A stretch of DNA of 64,000 bases from Hyphochytrium catenoides. Lineage: Eukaryota; Protista; Hyphochytriomycota. The stretch is from assembly GCA_900088475.1 (NCBI GenBank), contig FLMG01000355.1:62001-126000 (forward strand). The letters are read 5' to 3'. Under the pieces are notes generated by a model, which was given only the letters and a program-made list of their open reading frames with translations, was not told where the DNA came from and ran no database searches. Positions 1-13,192 of the stretch are shown here, one piece after another; the first letter of the stretch is position 1, and each line of letters starts with the position of its first letter. The position numbers were made by a program, and so were the translations under genes.

Positions 1-1982
1 CAAGGCCAGATCAGGCGAGTAATACTACTCTGCCTTCTCTCTTTGCTATAGGACTGTAGTGAAGGATTTCGCGGAGCTCGCCACCAAGAATCAGCTCTTG
101 TATGTCGAAATATTTATGCCCCAACACAATCCTCGGCGTGCTTGTGAGCGGCTATTACAAGTGTATGAGGATGACTTCCAGGTCTTGAGTCACATGTGTG
201 TTAGGCTCTGCTATCAATCTAACTCTCGAGATGTAGATGTCCAAGGAGCAAGTAGAGGAAGCACAGATCACCCGTAAACCATCGGAGACATTATTGGAGA
301 AAGGACCAGAGGAGATTTCCAGTGATGCCGAGAAGAGTGGTAAAGGGTCAAGCGACGAGGAGGAGCACGAATACAATGGGGCCATGGACCCTGTAGCTGA
401 CAAACCCAAATCGAAGGGAAAAGTGCGCGGTGGAAAAAAAGAGAAACTAGGCAGGAAACGCTGGACCGCTGAAGTAAGATTAACCTTGTCAGCAGCCTTA
501 GGTTTATGCCTCATGTCCGCCATATGTCAACCCGCAGGAGGATGACTTCATTCGACGGGAATACGAAGGCTTGAAAGATCTTCCCTCAGTCTTCGAAATC
601 TTGGCACTGGAAGATATCTTTCAGGTATGCGGACTAGCGTTGATGATCCAAATACACGTTAGAGACCTGCCCTAAGACGGAAGCATGTAGGAGCGTAGCA
701 GAAGCCCAGAGCAAATTGCCAGGCGGGTCACAGTTCTAGGACTAAATAGAGCTAGGAATTCGTACGAGCTGGACGACCAGTCCACCAGCAAGCTTAAGAA
801 GTACCTTGAAAGTATCGGAACCTCGCCTAAAGGTAGGCAAGCCTCTGTGGGTTCGCTACTTTCAGAGCTGACCAGCCATGTTACAGAAAAGTACAAGAAG
901 GCTATCACCCTAGTGGTGGAGTTGCTCAATGAATGCTTGGTGGAGAGAGGTAGGAGGGAGGCAGTGTGTACTGTTTAGCTCTTAGCAAGCTGACTGAAAG
1001 TTCAAATAAGGGACTGGAGGTACTGGGGACCGTCCTCTTGCTGCAAACGCAGAGGTGCAGAAAGTCCTTGAGACTCCCAAACTAGTCAAGATATTATCAT
1101 CCCTTCAGCTGAAGAAGCCTACAGCAAAGCGAAAAGAGTGGATGGTTCCCAAGGATATGAGAGAGGACGATTTAAAACAGCGACTCCAGGTCTTGCAAGT
1201 TTGAGACGAGCATTCGCCCTATTTATGGTTCTAATACTTTCCGCAGCTACTTGACCCTAGTTGGGTCTACGCAGAACCTCAAACGCAACCAATAGAGTCT
1301 AGCAGAGCTCCGTCGCCACCTCAGGGACAGGGCCAAGGAGATGATTCGTCGGATGAAGGGTCACAACCTGGAGGATCGCTAAAGCTAGGGAGCCACGGGG
1401 CCATGAACAGGTAGAAAAAGTATCGGTTCACCGCGAATTAAACAGCTTCTTTACAAATACCACCTTCTCGACGCGACAGCTCTAGCGAATCGGAAAGTCA
1501 TGTTGAGGCAACGGACAAAGGCTATAAGCAACGGTTCCCTGCCATCGATGCTCTGGGTGCGAAGGAGCACTCCCAATCATCAGCTTCACAAGAAGGTGGC
1601 ACTGCTGAAGGTAAGGGCGAAGAATACACTGGAACTTCATTTGTACGCGCTCACATACTACTCGAAGACAAACATGAGGAGAGGCGCAAGCGATTGCGGC
1701 GAGTTGCTCGACTAGTAGAGTCCGATGATGATTCGGACAGCGATGTGATGGCAGGACCCGAACTTAATTCTTCGAGAATCCTAAAAGGGGTAGACGAGGG
1801 CCCACCCAGTCCTCCTAAAAGACCGCTAGAGGTAAAGGTGTCTCAACAAGATCTCCACATTCTACCCTGTCTAACTTCTGTCTTGTTGCTAGGAGTCAAA
1901 GGACGGCAGTGCTACACCTGAGGATACACAGCTAAAGCGACCCAGGAAAGCCTTCATTATTGGTGAAAGTGACGAGGAATAA
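1..1982 (+). CDS. TIMELESS: TIMELESS/Tof1/Swi1 family replication-fork protection protein, 3' part (multi-exon, 5'-truncated by the window)
   Basis: The exon VVKDFAELATKNQLLYVEIF resembles the TIMELESS segment KFFALAAVNQKAFVELLF. It is followed by an acidic/basic linker, a Myb-like segment RWTAE-EDDFIRREYEGLKDLPSVFEIL, and an acidic tail ending KRPRKAFIIGESDEE* (TAA 1980-1982). Confidence 0.72.
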
Positions 1983-3426
1983 ACGAATTGAACCGCTGAG
2001 AGTATGCTTCTACAAAAATTCAGAGTGAGCATCCATGTGCTAGGTTTATAGCAGGAACTCGCTTATTTTCCGCAAGGGCGCCGTCCGCCGTTGTCCCCTT
2101 GAGCAATGGGAAGCAAGAACAACATAAACGTGCTGACCTTCTGGACCCATGCAAAGGGTTACGTACTTGAGATAGCGTCCAAGATACAAACCCCACAAGG
2201 TCTTCAATCATTTTATCCTTGGAGGGTCGCAGCTAACAGCATGGGCTTATGTCTTGCACTATAATCAGCGCAGTGCTGTGGTTGTCGTGTGCTTAATGGG
2301 CCACCCAGTGGGCAAAGTCAACCTCAGTCTTGTAAGCGAGGTCTAATATAGCTTTCGATAGTCCGCTGAAGGTTATGTGAAGGCTGAACTAACTTCATGT
2401 GCGCTACTCTGTGAACTACACAGCAGAGGCCCTTCTTCTTGTCTGGACCTCTATCATTTCTGCATTTGATACGGCGTCGTCTTCCTACTGTACGTCTTGA
2501 GTCTTGACAATCCTCTTGCTGCACTCCAAACTCCATAAAGCTCCACCCGCTGCTATTTTGTATACTGTAGTAGCTGCGCAACCTAAGCGTCTCTTTACTC
2601 AGGGCGATTCGGAATATAGGTTAGTTAGGTGCTGAAGGTCTGGAATCTAACACGGCTGGATCCTTGACTCCATGGGTGAGTTTGAATTTCAAAGCGTCAG
2701 AAGGAAGAGGGAAGGCCGGCTGGAATATAGCTCTACTTTCCTGTGATCCTTTGTTACACCTTGTACTGTACAAGTAGAAGAGCTGCAGTGGTAAGAACTA
2801 CCAGTTCTCGCTGTACTTTGAAAGGACTTCAGAACAACCGTCTGCAATCTGCAAATGCTTTGGCCGATGATTCCTAGTATAGATTTCTAGTGATTACTAC
2901 TGTTGGGCAGCCCACGAGAGACGACAGGCCGAAGGAAGACGGAGGCCGTCTGCCGTCTGCCTCTTGCTACTTTTTTCCAATCACGCGATCGACGAGGAAT
3001 AATTCGTTCTCTGGGCCTATTGCCGGGATGAATAGAGTGTGAAAGCAGGTTGCTCTTCGAGCGTTCATCTATTCTCTGATACGGTCTAGGGAAACTCCGC
3101 TAATGGCGCTTGGCAGAGTCACGACTTGACGGTTTATCAAGCATCTATCTGCTGACAGGTGGTGTCCGTGAAATGGTCGGTACGCCTTCTACGTGTCCTT
3201 GGCTGGCGCCACCACCTATGGGAACGAGACTTGTTTTACCATCAAGACAAGCCAAGAGGCATAATCAAACTCCGGCCAATAATAACCAAACCATTGTGGT
3301 AAAGTGGTGATTATACTAACCAACATACGTCTATCTGACTAGATATTTTAACCACGATAACAGGGACCGTCACCGTTCAAGCTCAGCAAAGAGGTTGAGC
3401 CTGCTTGGGGGCCTCTTCCAGACAAC

Positions 3427-6400
3427 ATGGTCGTTTCTGCCACCCTTGGAGACTCACCCAAGAAAAGCAGCGCCCAGTTACTGGAAGAGAGCATCCATTT
3501 GCTTGACTCTAGCATTTCAAGTTTACGGTTTGGGCTATCGCCGAACGAAAAAGTGGGACCCACTGCGGGCTCGTCAAAGTTCCTTTACTGGCTGGGAAGT
3601 GTTCCGGAAAAGGATGTTTCTACCATCTCAGCATGGAGTGACCTGCAAAGTGGGGATGGGGAGCTCCAGCGCACTCCTGACAAGACCTATCCAGCTGCTG
3701 TAGCTGGGATCTCCCCGGCTGGGCACGAAGCCAAGACTCAGGCCAGACTGAGTTCCAACCAAGAGGAAGAGGAGCTCCATCGCCTCAAGGGTTTGAATGA
3801 GTCCCTTACAGAGCTGACGTCCAAGGTCAGACGCATAAGAAGCAGCGTTATACAGCCGCGAGTGCTGTACACTGCCAAAGAAGTAGAGAGATCAGAGCAC
3901 TTACTACGTATTCTTGCCAAAGGCGATGCCTCTCAAAGCATAGATGGTGTCAGCCCTGGGAAAGCCCGCTCATTACTTGGACTTCCTCATTCCCCGAAGG
4001 AGAGGGGGGCTAATGAAGATATCAGATGCCAGTCTCCAGCCACTCCTACCGAGTACAGTTTGCCTCCTTTGCCGCCAATGTCCGAGGACAAGAAGGTGGT
4101 AGACGAAAGAGCGGCATTTCAGACCAATCAGACACCTGTTCAGAATAGCCCGTTTGATCACAACGTGGGATTTGGTAACTGGACGCCCAAGGTGGATAAG
4201 GAACTTGATCGTACCCTCGAGGCAGCGAATATTTCGGACATTGAATTTTGGAACGAGGAATCACTCCTTACCATCCCCGATGTACATTTTGAAATGCCTA
4301 GTTCCGTCCGAAGTGATAAACGTCACCGACATAAGCCAGCGCCTGTGGTTGACACTCCACATCATAAGCCAGCAGCTGTGGTTGAGACTCCACATCAGAA
4401 TGAGGCAGGCTATCAGACTGCGCTCTCAAGGCAGACTTCCGAAATGGTCAGGGCCCCTAAGCCAGGAGAGGTACCAAAGATCTTTAAGAAGAGCTCTCAA
4501 CAACACAGCGCTGAATGGAACAGTCTGCTGATTGCTGCTAGCACCGAGATAGAGCAGATGATCCAAAACTTCCACGCAGACCTTCAGGACCGGATCAAAT
4601 GTGTGCTCAGTGAGGTGAGGACAGCAGAAGGTTCTGTGACATCAGGTTCAACCGCCGTAGATGTGGAAGATCAGAAGGATGGTGACCTCCAAGAACAAGT
4701 GAGATTTCTGACAGCAGTATTACTAGAAAGCCGTGATGCTTTAGAGAAAAAGGAGAGGCGAATTCGAGAACTAGAAAAGCCCCAGCACAGATCCATTGTA
4801 CCACACAAGAACTCGCAAGATTCAGAAGTTTCTTCGACTTCTGAGACAGAAAGACAAGCTCAAAAGCTAACGGCGCTAAGGGAGTCTTGCGCCACCTTGA
4901 AGAGTGACATAGCTGGTATCAGAGTATCATTGCAGGTAGGTCTCCAATCCTGCAATCCTTAGCTTTCAGTACAATGCGATGATGTTCGCTTTTTGCTCTC
5001 ATTAGGCCAATGTAGATCTCATGGCTGAAGAGTTCCAGGCCGTCGCCCGCAAAGTGAAAACGGCGTCAAGGCACCAACCCGCCGAGTTCAAAGCGATTGT
5101 CGAGAAGTATCGAAAAGAAACGTCAGAAAGACGCAGACTCTACAGAGAGCTCCAGGTAAAAGGGCCTTTCTCCTAGGTCCGGTGTAACCATGATTCAAAC
5201 AGTCAGCATGACAGGACATGAAGGGTAATATTCGAGTCTGCTGCCGACTCCGACCCCATGAAGGTCAACATTCATTGACAGCGGCTAATCAGTACCAAGT
5301 TAAGGTCAACCATTCCGTCGCATTTTCAAAATCAAAGGAGGTAAGAAAGGAGCTCATCTGTGCCCTTAGGTCAGCTAGGAGATGCAAAAATGCTCAACTC
5401 TTCTTGTGGCCGTCAGCTTATCTACGAGTTCGACCGAGTATTTGGCCCCATGGATGGACAGGCTGCAGTTTTTGAAGAGGTGCTGCCGTTAGTGCTCTCC
5501 GTCATTGATGGGTACAACGCTTGCATTATGGCGTACGGGCAGGTATTGCATCATTCTTTAGTTTTGCCACAGACGAAACAATCGTTCAGCGTCTGATGTT
5601 TAACAGACAGGCTCCGGCAAGACCTGGACAATGGAGGGGCCAGAGGCTGACCGTGGAATAACCTTCCGCGCGCTGAGCAAATTATTTGAGAAGTGCGGGG
5701 AGAACCATGGTGTGGACTACCGCTTCAAGGTCTCGATGGTCGAGATCCACAACGAAAAGATCAGAGACTTGTTATATTCGGGACACTCTCCAAGAGACGC
5801 AGTCAAGACACCGTAAGTCATTAAATATTGAACTGTACGCAGGTGCATGGAACTAACAATTCCCCTCCAGAATTCGAGGACCATCCTTGGATGCTCGTGC
5901 TAGTAAGGATGGGGCAGTGTATCTGGACGGAGTCGTAGAGGTTGATGTCCGAACAGTCGAAGACGTGGCAGCTCTTCTGCAGCGGGGAAACACTTTAAGG
6001 ACCGTGGGTGTCACAAGCCTCAACGACCATAGCAGTCGCTCACACTCAGTTCTCTCGCTTACTGTCATTGGTACGTTTAAAGTCTACTCCGTTTATCTGA
6101 GGTTCCCTCACTTCCCGATTGCGACTAAGGTCACTTGTGGCTCTTTCTTAGCCTATGATAAGGACCTTAAAAAAACCCTTATGGGTAAGCTGTCCTTGGT
6201 GGATCTTGCCGGTAGTGAGAGGCTGTCAAAAACGTCAACTTCTGGCCCTCAGCTCCGAGAGACTCAGCATATTAACAAGTCTCTGGCTGGTCTTGGACAT
6301 GTGATCAATGCCCTATCAAACAAGCAAAAGCACATTCCTTACAGGTTACGGCCACTACCCCATATCTTTATGGTGAACGCATCCTTACAAAGCGTGCTCT

Positions 6401-6660
6401 ACAGGAACTCCAAGTTGACGTTCCTCCTCCGCGATAGCTTGGGACCAGGGACCAAGACCTTATTTATCCTCTGTGTGCGAACCAGTCCTGAACATGTCAA
6501 TGAGTCTGTGTGTACACTAAATTTTGGTTCAAGAGCTCGAGCCGTCGAGCTAGGTGCCGCCATCAGACATACACCAGCCATCAACTCCACCCCGGTGTTT
6601 AGAGGAGGTCATTCTCCATCCTCACCCTCAACTCCTCTACTCCGTGCAGCCATCAATTAA
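3427..6660 (+). CDS. Kinesin-14 (C-terminal motor, KIFC3-like) with long low-complexity/coiled-coil N-terminus; multi-exon; start codon uncertain
   Basis: Kinesin-14 neck KGNIRVCCRLRP, then YEFDRVFGP, P-loop GQ|TGSGKT split by an intron, SSRSHS, LVDLAGSER, HIPYR|NSKLTFLLRDSLG. The motor domain is at the C-terminus. Confidence 0.93.
4330..4395 (+). repeat. 33-bp in-frame tandem duplication within the kinesin N-terminus
   Basis: cataagccagcgcctgtggttgacactccacat / cataagccagcagctgtggttgagactccacat, encoding HKPAPVVDTPH / HKPAAVVETPH. Confidence 0.9.
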
Positions 6661-7192
6661 TGAGCAATTCAATGACAGCTCTTCCCTTATTATCTGGTTA
6701 ACACCTTTGTGAGCTTCAGTAGCTGCGTGGGATTAGTCTTCCTCATTGTGCTTTCCTGTGGCACTTCTGACCTCTTTGTAAAGATAAACCCTTGGATGAC
6801 CTTCAGGCAACACCTCCTCCTATGATCTAAGGCCTTAGGGAGATATTTACAACAACAAGTTTACCTGTGTTTTTGTAGTAGTAGGGTGTGGTTTGTGCGC
6901 GTGCAACCACTCCACTCTTCTTCTTATCGTTTTATGATTGACTTTTCCTGATGCTGCGGAGAAACAGCTAGTAAAGAGAGCTCAGAGGCGACCAAGACTG
7001 CCCTGTGGACAGGGGCAGACACGCCACCAGTGATCCTTTTTTTAAAGATGCCTCAGATGGCTACCAGGACAGCTGCTTGGGAGAGATCGATGGGGTTGAG
7101 AACTAAGCTAAACCGGCAGCGTAGAGTACTTGTTCCGTCGCTGAATGATGGCTAGGGCACGGAAGGCCCAAGAAAGCCACACATAGTCCATC

Positions 7193-10100
7193 ATGGGGCA
7201 CCCTAAAGGCATCCTTGTGGTCACACTTTCCCTGGTGCAAAGCCTTTTGGCTCTGAAGAACACCTGCGAGCTTGCCGAAAAGGTAGGATTGAAGATTTGC
7301 AGCGCCATTTTGACTTTGACACTGGCTGAGGAAGAGTCTCGGCAGGGGCCTAGCTTATCGGATGGGCTTCATGGGGACTGTCTCTTCTACCAACCCAAGG
7401 ATTCACTTTGGACGTACGAGTGGTAAGCCTTGATTTCACAAGAAGCTGCACATTGCTTATAATTACATCCGGTGCTTCTATTCATAGGTGTCCCCAGCAG
7501 CAAATACGACAGATACGTAAAGAGAACGGGAAAGTTATAGAAGCTATTCTTATTGGAAGCTATTGCCCCGACGCCCAGGATTGCCATAAGTTTATCGATT
7601 GGGACCCGACGGACAAGACGAGCTTGCCGTCCTGCTTCCACGCTGAGCCCACAACCGCCTCTGCTTCTATTGAAAGGTAAAGCCCATCGCGATGCCTCTC
7701 TATATCATGGCTGAGGCGAGACTGTTGACTACAGATTTGTTGGGGGCGAGCCTTGTAAGCACCGGGATAGGGCAGCTGAGGTTCGGATACGCTGCTGCCA
7801 CGCTGGTTCTGATGGTACGTTTAGGCATTTGTGTTACTTGCTCCCTCACACTAACCGTTGCAAAAGACCAACAGGAGCGACCGTCAATTGCTGGGATGAC
7901 TGAGCCAATAGAGTGCTTCTATGTCTTTGATGTCTGCTATAGTGGTGCTTGTCAATCGAGGGGTCTCCAAGGGTTGAAGGGATCAGAGACTGATTCGCAA
8001 GCTGGAAAGGAGAAGCCTCACACCGTCGGGAGTATATCTTCTATGTCCAAGGGAGAGAAGCTACGCTACAAAGAAATGGCTAGAAGTATGTTTTTCCACG
8101 CTTACAGGTCTTATATGGAGGTGAGAGAGACACCCCCAGAACCAAGAAGTATGACAGATCCTAGTTGACGCCTCTCTCGCAGTTCGCATATCCCCATGAT
8201 CAACTAAGACCACTTTCTTGTAGCGGAGAGCCTTACGAGAAAGGTAATCTAAGCACCACATCACCTGTAAGGCTCTTGTCCGCGGTTAACTAAGTGTGTG
8301 AGGTCCCAAGGTTTTCTGAAGCGGCTGACCCTTATCGATACGCTGGACACTTTGGCGATAATGGGCGAATATGATGAGTTCCAAAAGGCAGCTCAGCTTG
8401 TTATCAGTGAAGCAGACTTCGATGTCGATAGTGCTGTGTCGGTCTTCGAGGTACGCTTCGCGTTAGTCTACTAGCATCAGCAGCTAATTGCTCTGGCTTA
8501 GGTAACTATCCGCGTCCTTGGAGGATTGCTATCAGCACATGAGCTAGCCACGGACAAGGCTTTAGGAATCTATCCCCAATATGATGGCGGCTTTCTTACA
8601 CTTGCAGCTGATTTGGGTGAACGTCTCCTACCGGCGTTCGATACACCTACCGGTATTCCCTATGGGACTGTCAATCTCCGATACGGCGTGCCTCCTGGCG
8701 AGACTCCTATTGCTTCAACAGCCGGCGCTGGGTCTCTCACTCTTGAGTTTGGGATGCTCACTTACTATACTAATGATACGGTAAGAAGCCTTTGTGTCTC
8801 AGGCCAAGCGGACCTTTACATTTATTATGTGGATCGTGTTGTCGTAGAGATTCTATGATGCTTCCAAGAGGGCTGTACAAGCACTCTACAATGGAAGATC
8901 TAAACTTGGGTTGGTCGGGAAGCATATCAATACCAAAAGCGGTGCTTGGACAGAGAGCACTAGCGGTATCGGCTCAAATGGCGACAGCTTCTTCGAATAC
9001 TTGCTTAAGGCGTACATCTTGTTCGGAGATAACGAGTACTTTAGGGTATTAGCCGTCTTTCTACCATTTTTCGCTTACATCCTGGAGCCTCAGGTTGCCT
9101 GTTTTAGATGTTCCAAGAGTTGTATGCGTCCGTCCGATCATTCCTGAAAGTGGGGGACTGGTATGGCGATGCGGATATGTACGGTAAGAATCACCACCTT
9201 ACGATTTTGTACAGGAGCTTTCTCACAGTTATCCACATTTAGGTAGGGGCCAGAGGGGTAGTACTTTTGAGAACTTGATGGCCTTTTGGCCTGGAATTCA
9301 GACACTAGTGGGTGACTTGCATGAGGCTTCGAATAGCCTCAACGCATTTTATACCGTTTGGAGGTAAGATGTCTCATAAAAGAAGAGGAGTGTGTAGGCT
9401 TCGTAACAGCAGTCTGATTGCAGGCAGCATGGATTCATACCAGAGCAGTACGATTTCGTTCAAAAACTGGTTGGAAAGACAGGCAATGATAGGAGATACC
9501 CGCTCCGCCCTGAGCTGATAGAAAGCACTCTTTTCGTGCATAAAGCAACACAGGATCCTTCTTGGCTCTGGGCAGGTGAGCCTTGAACTCGCACCTATCA
9601 ATTTGTCTCTGAGCTTGTTTGCCTGTAGGAACAGATTTCTTGCACTCCTTGGAGAAATGGACGAAGACGTCTTGTGGTTATGCCTCCATACTCAATGTAG
9701 AGACGCTAGAGAAGGCACGTATGATTCTTACGTGTCCTCAGACCTTTTCAGCAAGTGTTTCATAAGCTTGTTCATCACTGTAGGAAGACTACATGCCATC
9801 ATTCTTTCTTTCGGAGACCTGCAAGTACTTATACCTCTTATACGATGAAGACAATTTTATACATAAAGGGAATTATGTATTTACAACCGAAGCCCATCCC
9901 TTCAAAGTGTCCTCGCGCAAGTAAGAACTCTCAGAAGAAGCCACCGTTGTATCACTTATCTGATTAAGAACGTGCAGGACCCGATTCTACCAAAAATGGG
10001 CGCAACCTGCTCCTGAGGAACCTTCCAGGTAACCACACGACCATTCACTTCCCTCCTTTAGCTCCGTCTTCACATGCAGCTGCCTAATTCTACAGTGAGA

Positions 10101-11325
10101 ACTCAACAACTTGTGTGGGACCATCGTTTCTGGATGTTCACTCCTATGATCGGCAGTATGCCTCAAGAGACAGCAACGTCGCCTCCTATGGTGTTTGTCT
10201 TCCGCACGGTTTGTATTGGCACTTGATTTTGATTTTCAGCTGTAGATCTGTCTCATGGTCATCTTGATTTACAGTTTCTAGTATGCAACAGCTGCAAGAA
10301 GGCGGGAGTGGTTACCGCGGAAATCTTCTAGCATCTGCACTTGGCACTTTTTTCACCTGGGTGACCGAGGTATTATTAGCTTATAAGACGGGTAGTTTCC
10401 TGCTCTGACCATTGCTCCTTATCAGAACCATTTCACGGTTTCCAGGTTTGGGACCGAGCAGGCCCTCGTCCTCTCTAACTACGCCGGGCGAGTGCTCATG
10501 CTTCAAGACAAGGGAACGGCAGATTCGATGTACCGCTTTTACTATCGGGATACGGCGAAAACACGTTCCTGCATTGTAGAGGTTCCCGCGGCAGAAAACG
10601 CAGTTACAAGGTCTAATGTGCAGCGTGTTTCTTTTCCCTCATTCTAGACATTCTTACATGTCTCGAAAATTCTTTCTAGATTAGACTGCTCTTTAGGTGA
10701 ATTTGGCATGGTGCAGGGCCTAATCAACCTGGAAGCTGAAATGCACTATCAAGACGGCGATGACGGTTGCCAGGAGTACAGTACGGATCTATCTGGTATT
10801 GCTATGACATAGAGCATGCATTAGATCTCGTCCGCATTAACCTGCTCCTCCAATAGGCCTGATCTTGATGGTAAACCGTGGTTCTTGCCTCTTCGTAGAT
10901 AAAGCTAGTCACGCTCAGCAGGCGGGGGCCAAGGGCCTTATTGTCGTAAATAATGACGACAAAGAAAAGTTGGCTGTGATGGGTGGCAGGCAGTTGAGCA
11001 ACTTGTACATACCTGCCATCATGATATCAGGTCAGTTTTGCTTTCTTGAATAACCATTACTCCAATCGTCCTAAGTCCGCTCACAGCTGCCAGTGGACTG
11101 ACGCTAGTCAATAATGTGTTGGCTGGGCGGAGAACTGTGCTCATGCGGATAGAGGATACACCGCCATTTACGCTACCGGCACTGTCATCATCGGATCGTA
11201 CACTCGAGTTGTATTCGCGTTTTGGATGGGGAGTTCAATTGGAGTCGAGCATTGAGGGTGCCCAGACAACAGCTTCAATCATTCCAGTCCCAGAAGCATA
11301 CATGAAATCGAAGGAGAAGGGTTGA
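7193..11325 (+). CDS. EDEM3: ER degradation-enhancing alpha-1,2-mannosidase (GH47, EDEM3-like) with signal peptide, N-terminal MRH (OS-9/PRKCSH-like) domain and C-terminal PA domain; multi-exon
   Basis: Signal-like [22 protein letters not shown]47 motifs: [25 protein letters not shown]|[80 protein letters not shown] domain: [29 protein letters not shown]...IPAIMIS. Confidence 0.92.
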
Positions 11326-13192
11326 ATGTTATTGTGTGAGGTACTCCACCATCCTCGTACAATAGCTCCAGGTGGAACATAGCTTTATAGACGTCGTCTC
11401 CCAACAGCTACAGTTCCGTGCTAAGAGACTTTCAACAGGGCAGTTACTACGGGACCACTGTATCTTCCGCTCACAATCTCGCTCTGCCCCCTGCAAGGAC
11501 TTGCTATGGCACGTTTCGCAATTTTTGAAATGATTGTTGCACCTCGGCGCACTTACGAACATAGATTAGGCCCACCTGAGGACGGCACTTTGGAAAGGTG
11601 GAGATCTTTACGAACATCTGCGAAGAACCGCATAACTGATCACCTTGCCGAGATCAATATTTACGATGCGAACGTCTGACTTGTTCAGGACTCGAAAGGA
11701 GCAGCTGGTATGCGTATACTTACTTACTCTCCTAAAACAAGAATCAAGTACATAGTCATCCTATTTGCAGGCCTCTATAATTACTCCGGATGAGACGACT
11801 AAGAGCATGGTGATGGAGGATTGGTACTAGTAACAGATAAGTTATGCTTGTGACTTGGCGTGTAGGACTGGCAGAGCGATGGAAGACTTTTAAAGATCTA
11901 TATACTTTCCATAAGTACATCAGTTCTTGAACTACCAAGCAAAGATAAGGAAGTCTGGCCATGACAGCCTCCACAATAACTTTCTATCAAGAACCCGCTC
12001 TAGCCTGCTCCTACAGCTACTCTTGAAGTGCTTTAGGAAAAAGGATGCAAAAATGGACCATCAATATCAGCGCCTTTTACAGATCAATTATGTGCTCCTT
12101 TTCAAGCGAAAGGAAGGCTATGCATCCCTCTCGATCACACATGTCACGTATCATTCTGCTCTGTGGTGGCAAAGTTCCCAAGGAAACAAAGCCATAACCT
12201 GCTCTCTTTGCTCCCGGAATAATGCGCAAGCTTGCTCTGGCATGATGATAATGATTTGTTCGACGTAAGGAGCTTGGAGCGCTGCATGAGTATCTAGCTG
12301 CATGGCTCCTCAGAATGGCCATATCGAAATTTATGTCGATCTGCCGGGGTTCATAAGTGAGGTCGTGACCTCAGGACGTATTCGTATCGTCAGGCAATAA
12401 TCAGTCAGCAGGAGGCCGCTAATACACACTGATGGGAATTTCTGCTTGTTGCCCTTTATTGGAGGAGTAGGCCGATGTAAGCCTGACTATCGTTTTGTTA
12501 ATAAACTTGTTCGAGTGTTGATCTAGCTAGGAGCAACCCTTTTCGGGAGTCCTGTAATCCTTGGATTCTCCTTCATTTATTTCTTCTAGTTGTATGTAGT
12601 AGTTCTACTGCGTGATAATAATAAGCAGTCGCACATGTAGTAGTAGGTAGTAGGACCTTCGTAGTCAAGAGACTCCTACGTGATATCAGTGTTACAAACT
12701 GTACAGAGTTGTACTGTTTCATCCTCTGCTAAACTGGTATGTACATGTATAAACATATGTTCTGTAACGGATCGAGGGAGAACTCCTTACAGGTGGCTCT
12801 CATTTATAGAAAGGCATTCGTGATACACCTGTCTACGCGGTGTGTTGTAGACGCTGTAACGTCACGTAGAGTACTGTAGTTCCTTGGCTAGCCACACTAT
12901 TCACTATACACTATTACATCTGAAGTAGGAAGCAAAGGCACAACTTCGTTGTCACTAGGATCTCTTGTGTGGCTTGTCACCTCTGGCGACGGTTCATCCA
13001 CGCGGGACGAATGGCGTCCTGCGAGCGCGGTACTATGATGCTTCAGAAGCGTATGATCTGTATGAAGATTGCGGAGGTGAGCAGTTGTTGGACAGGAAGC
13101 GATGTGGAGTTTGCGCATAGCGAGGAGGAATATATGTTGCCTTTGACTGAAGGCCTAGTTATGGAACTTGCCTTAGGCCTTACTTCATCAAC

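Noticed and set aside
2020-2581. Possible small spliced minus-strand gene (fragments SKAILDLAYKTEVDFAH, KDKMIEDLVGFVSWTLSQ)
   Set aside because: Could not build a consistent start-to-stop model or recognise a family.
11329-12420. Short ORFs and splice-like signals between EDEM and the receptor gene
   Set aside because: Frames are broken by stops on both strands and give no coherent product.
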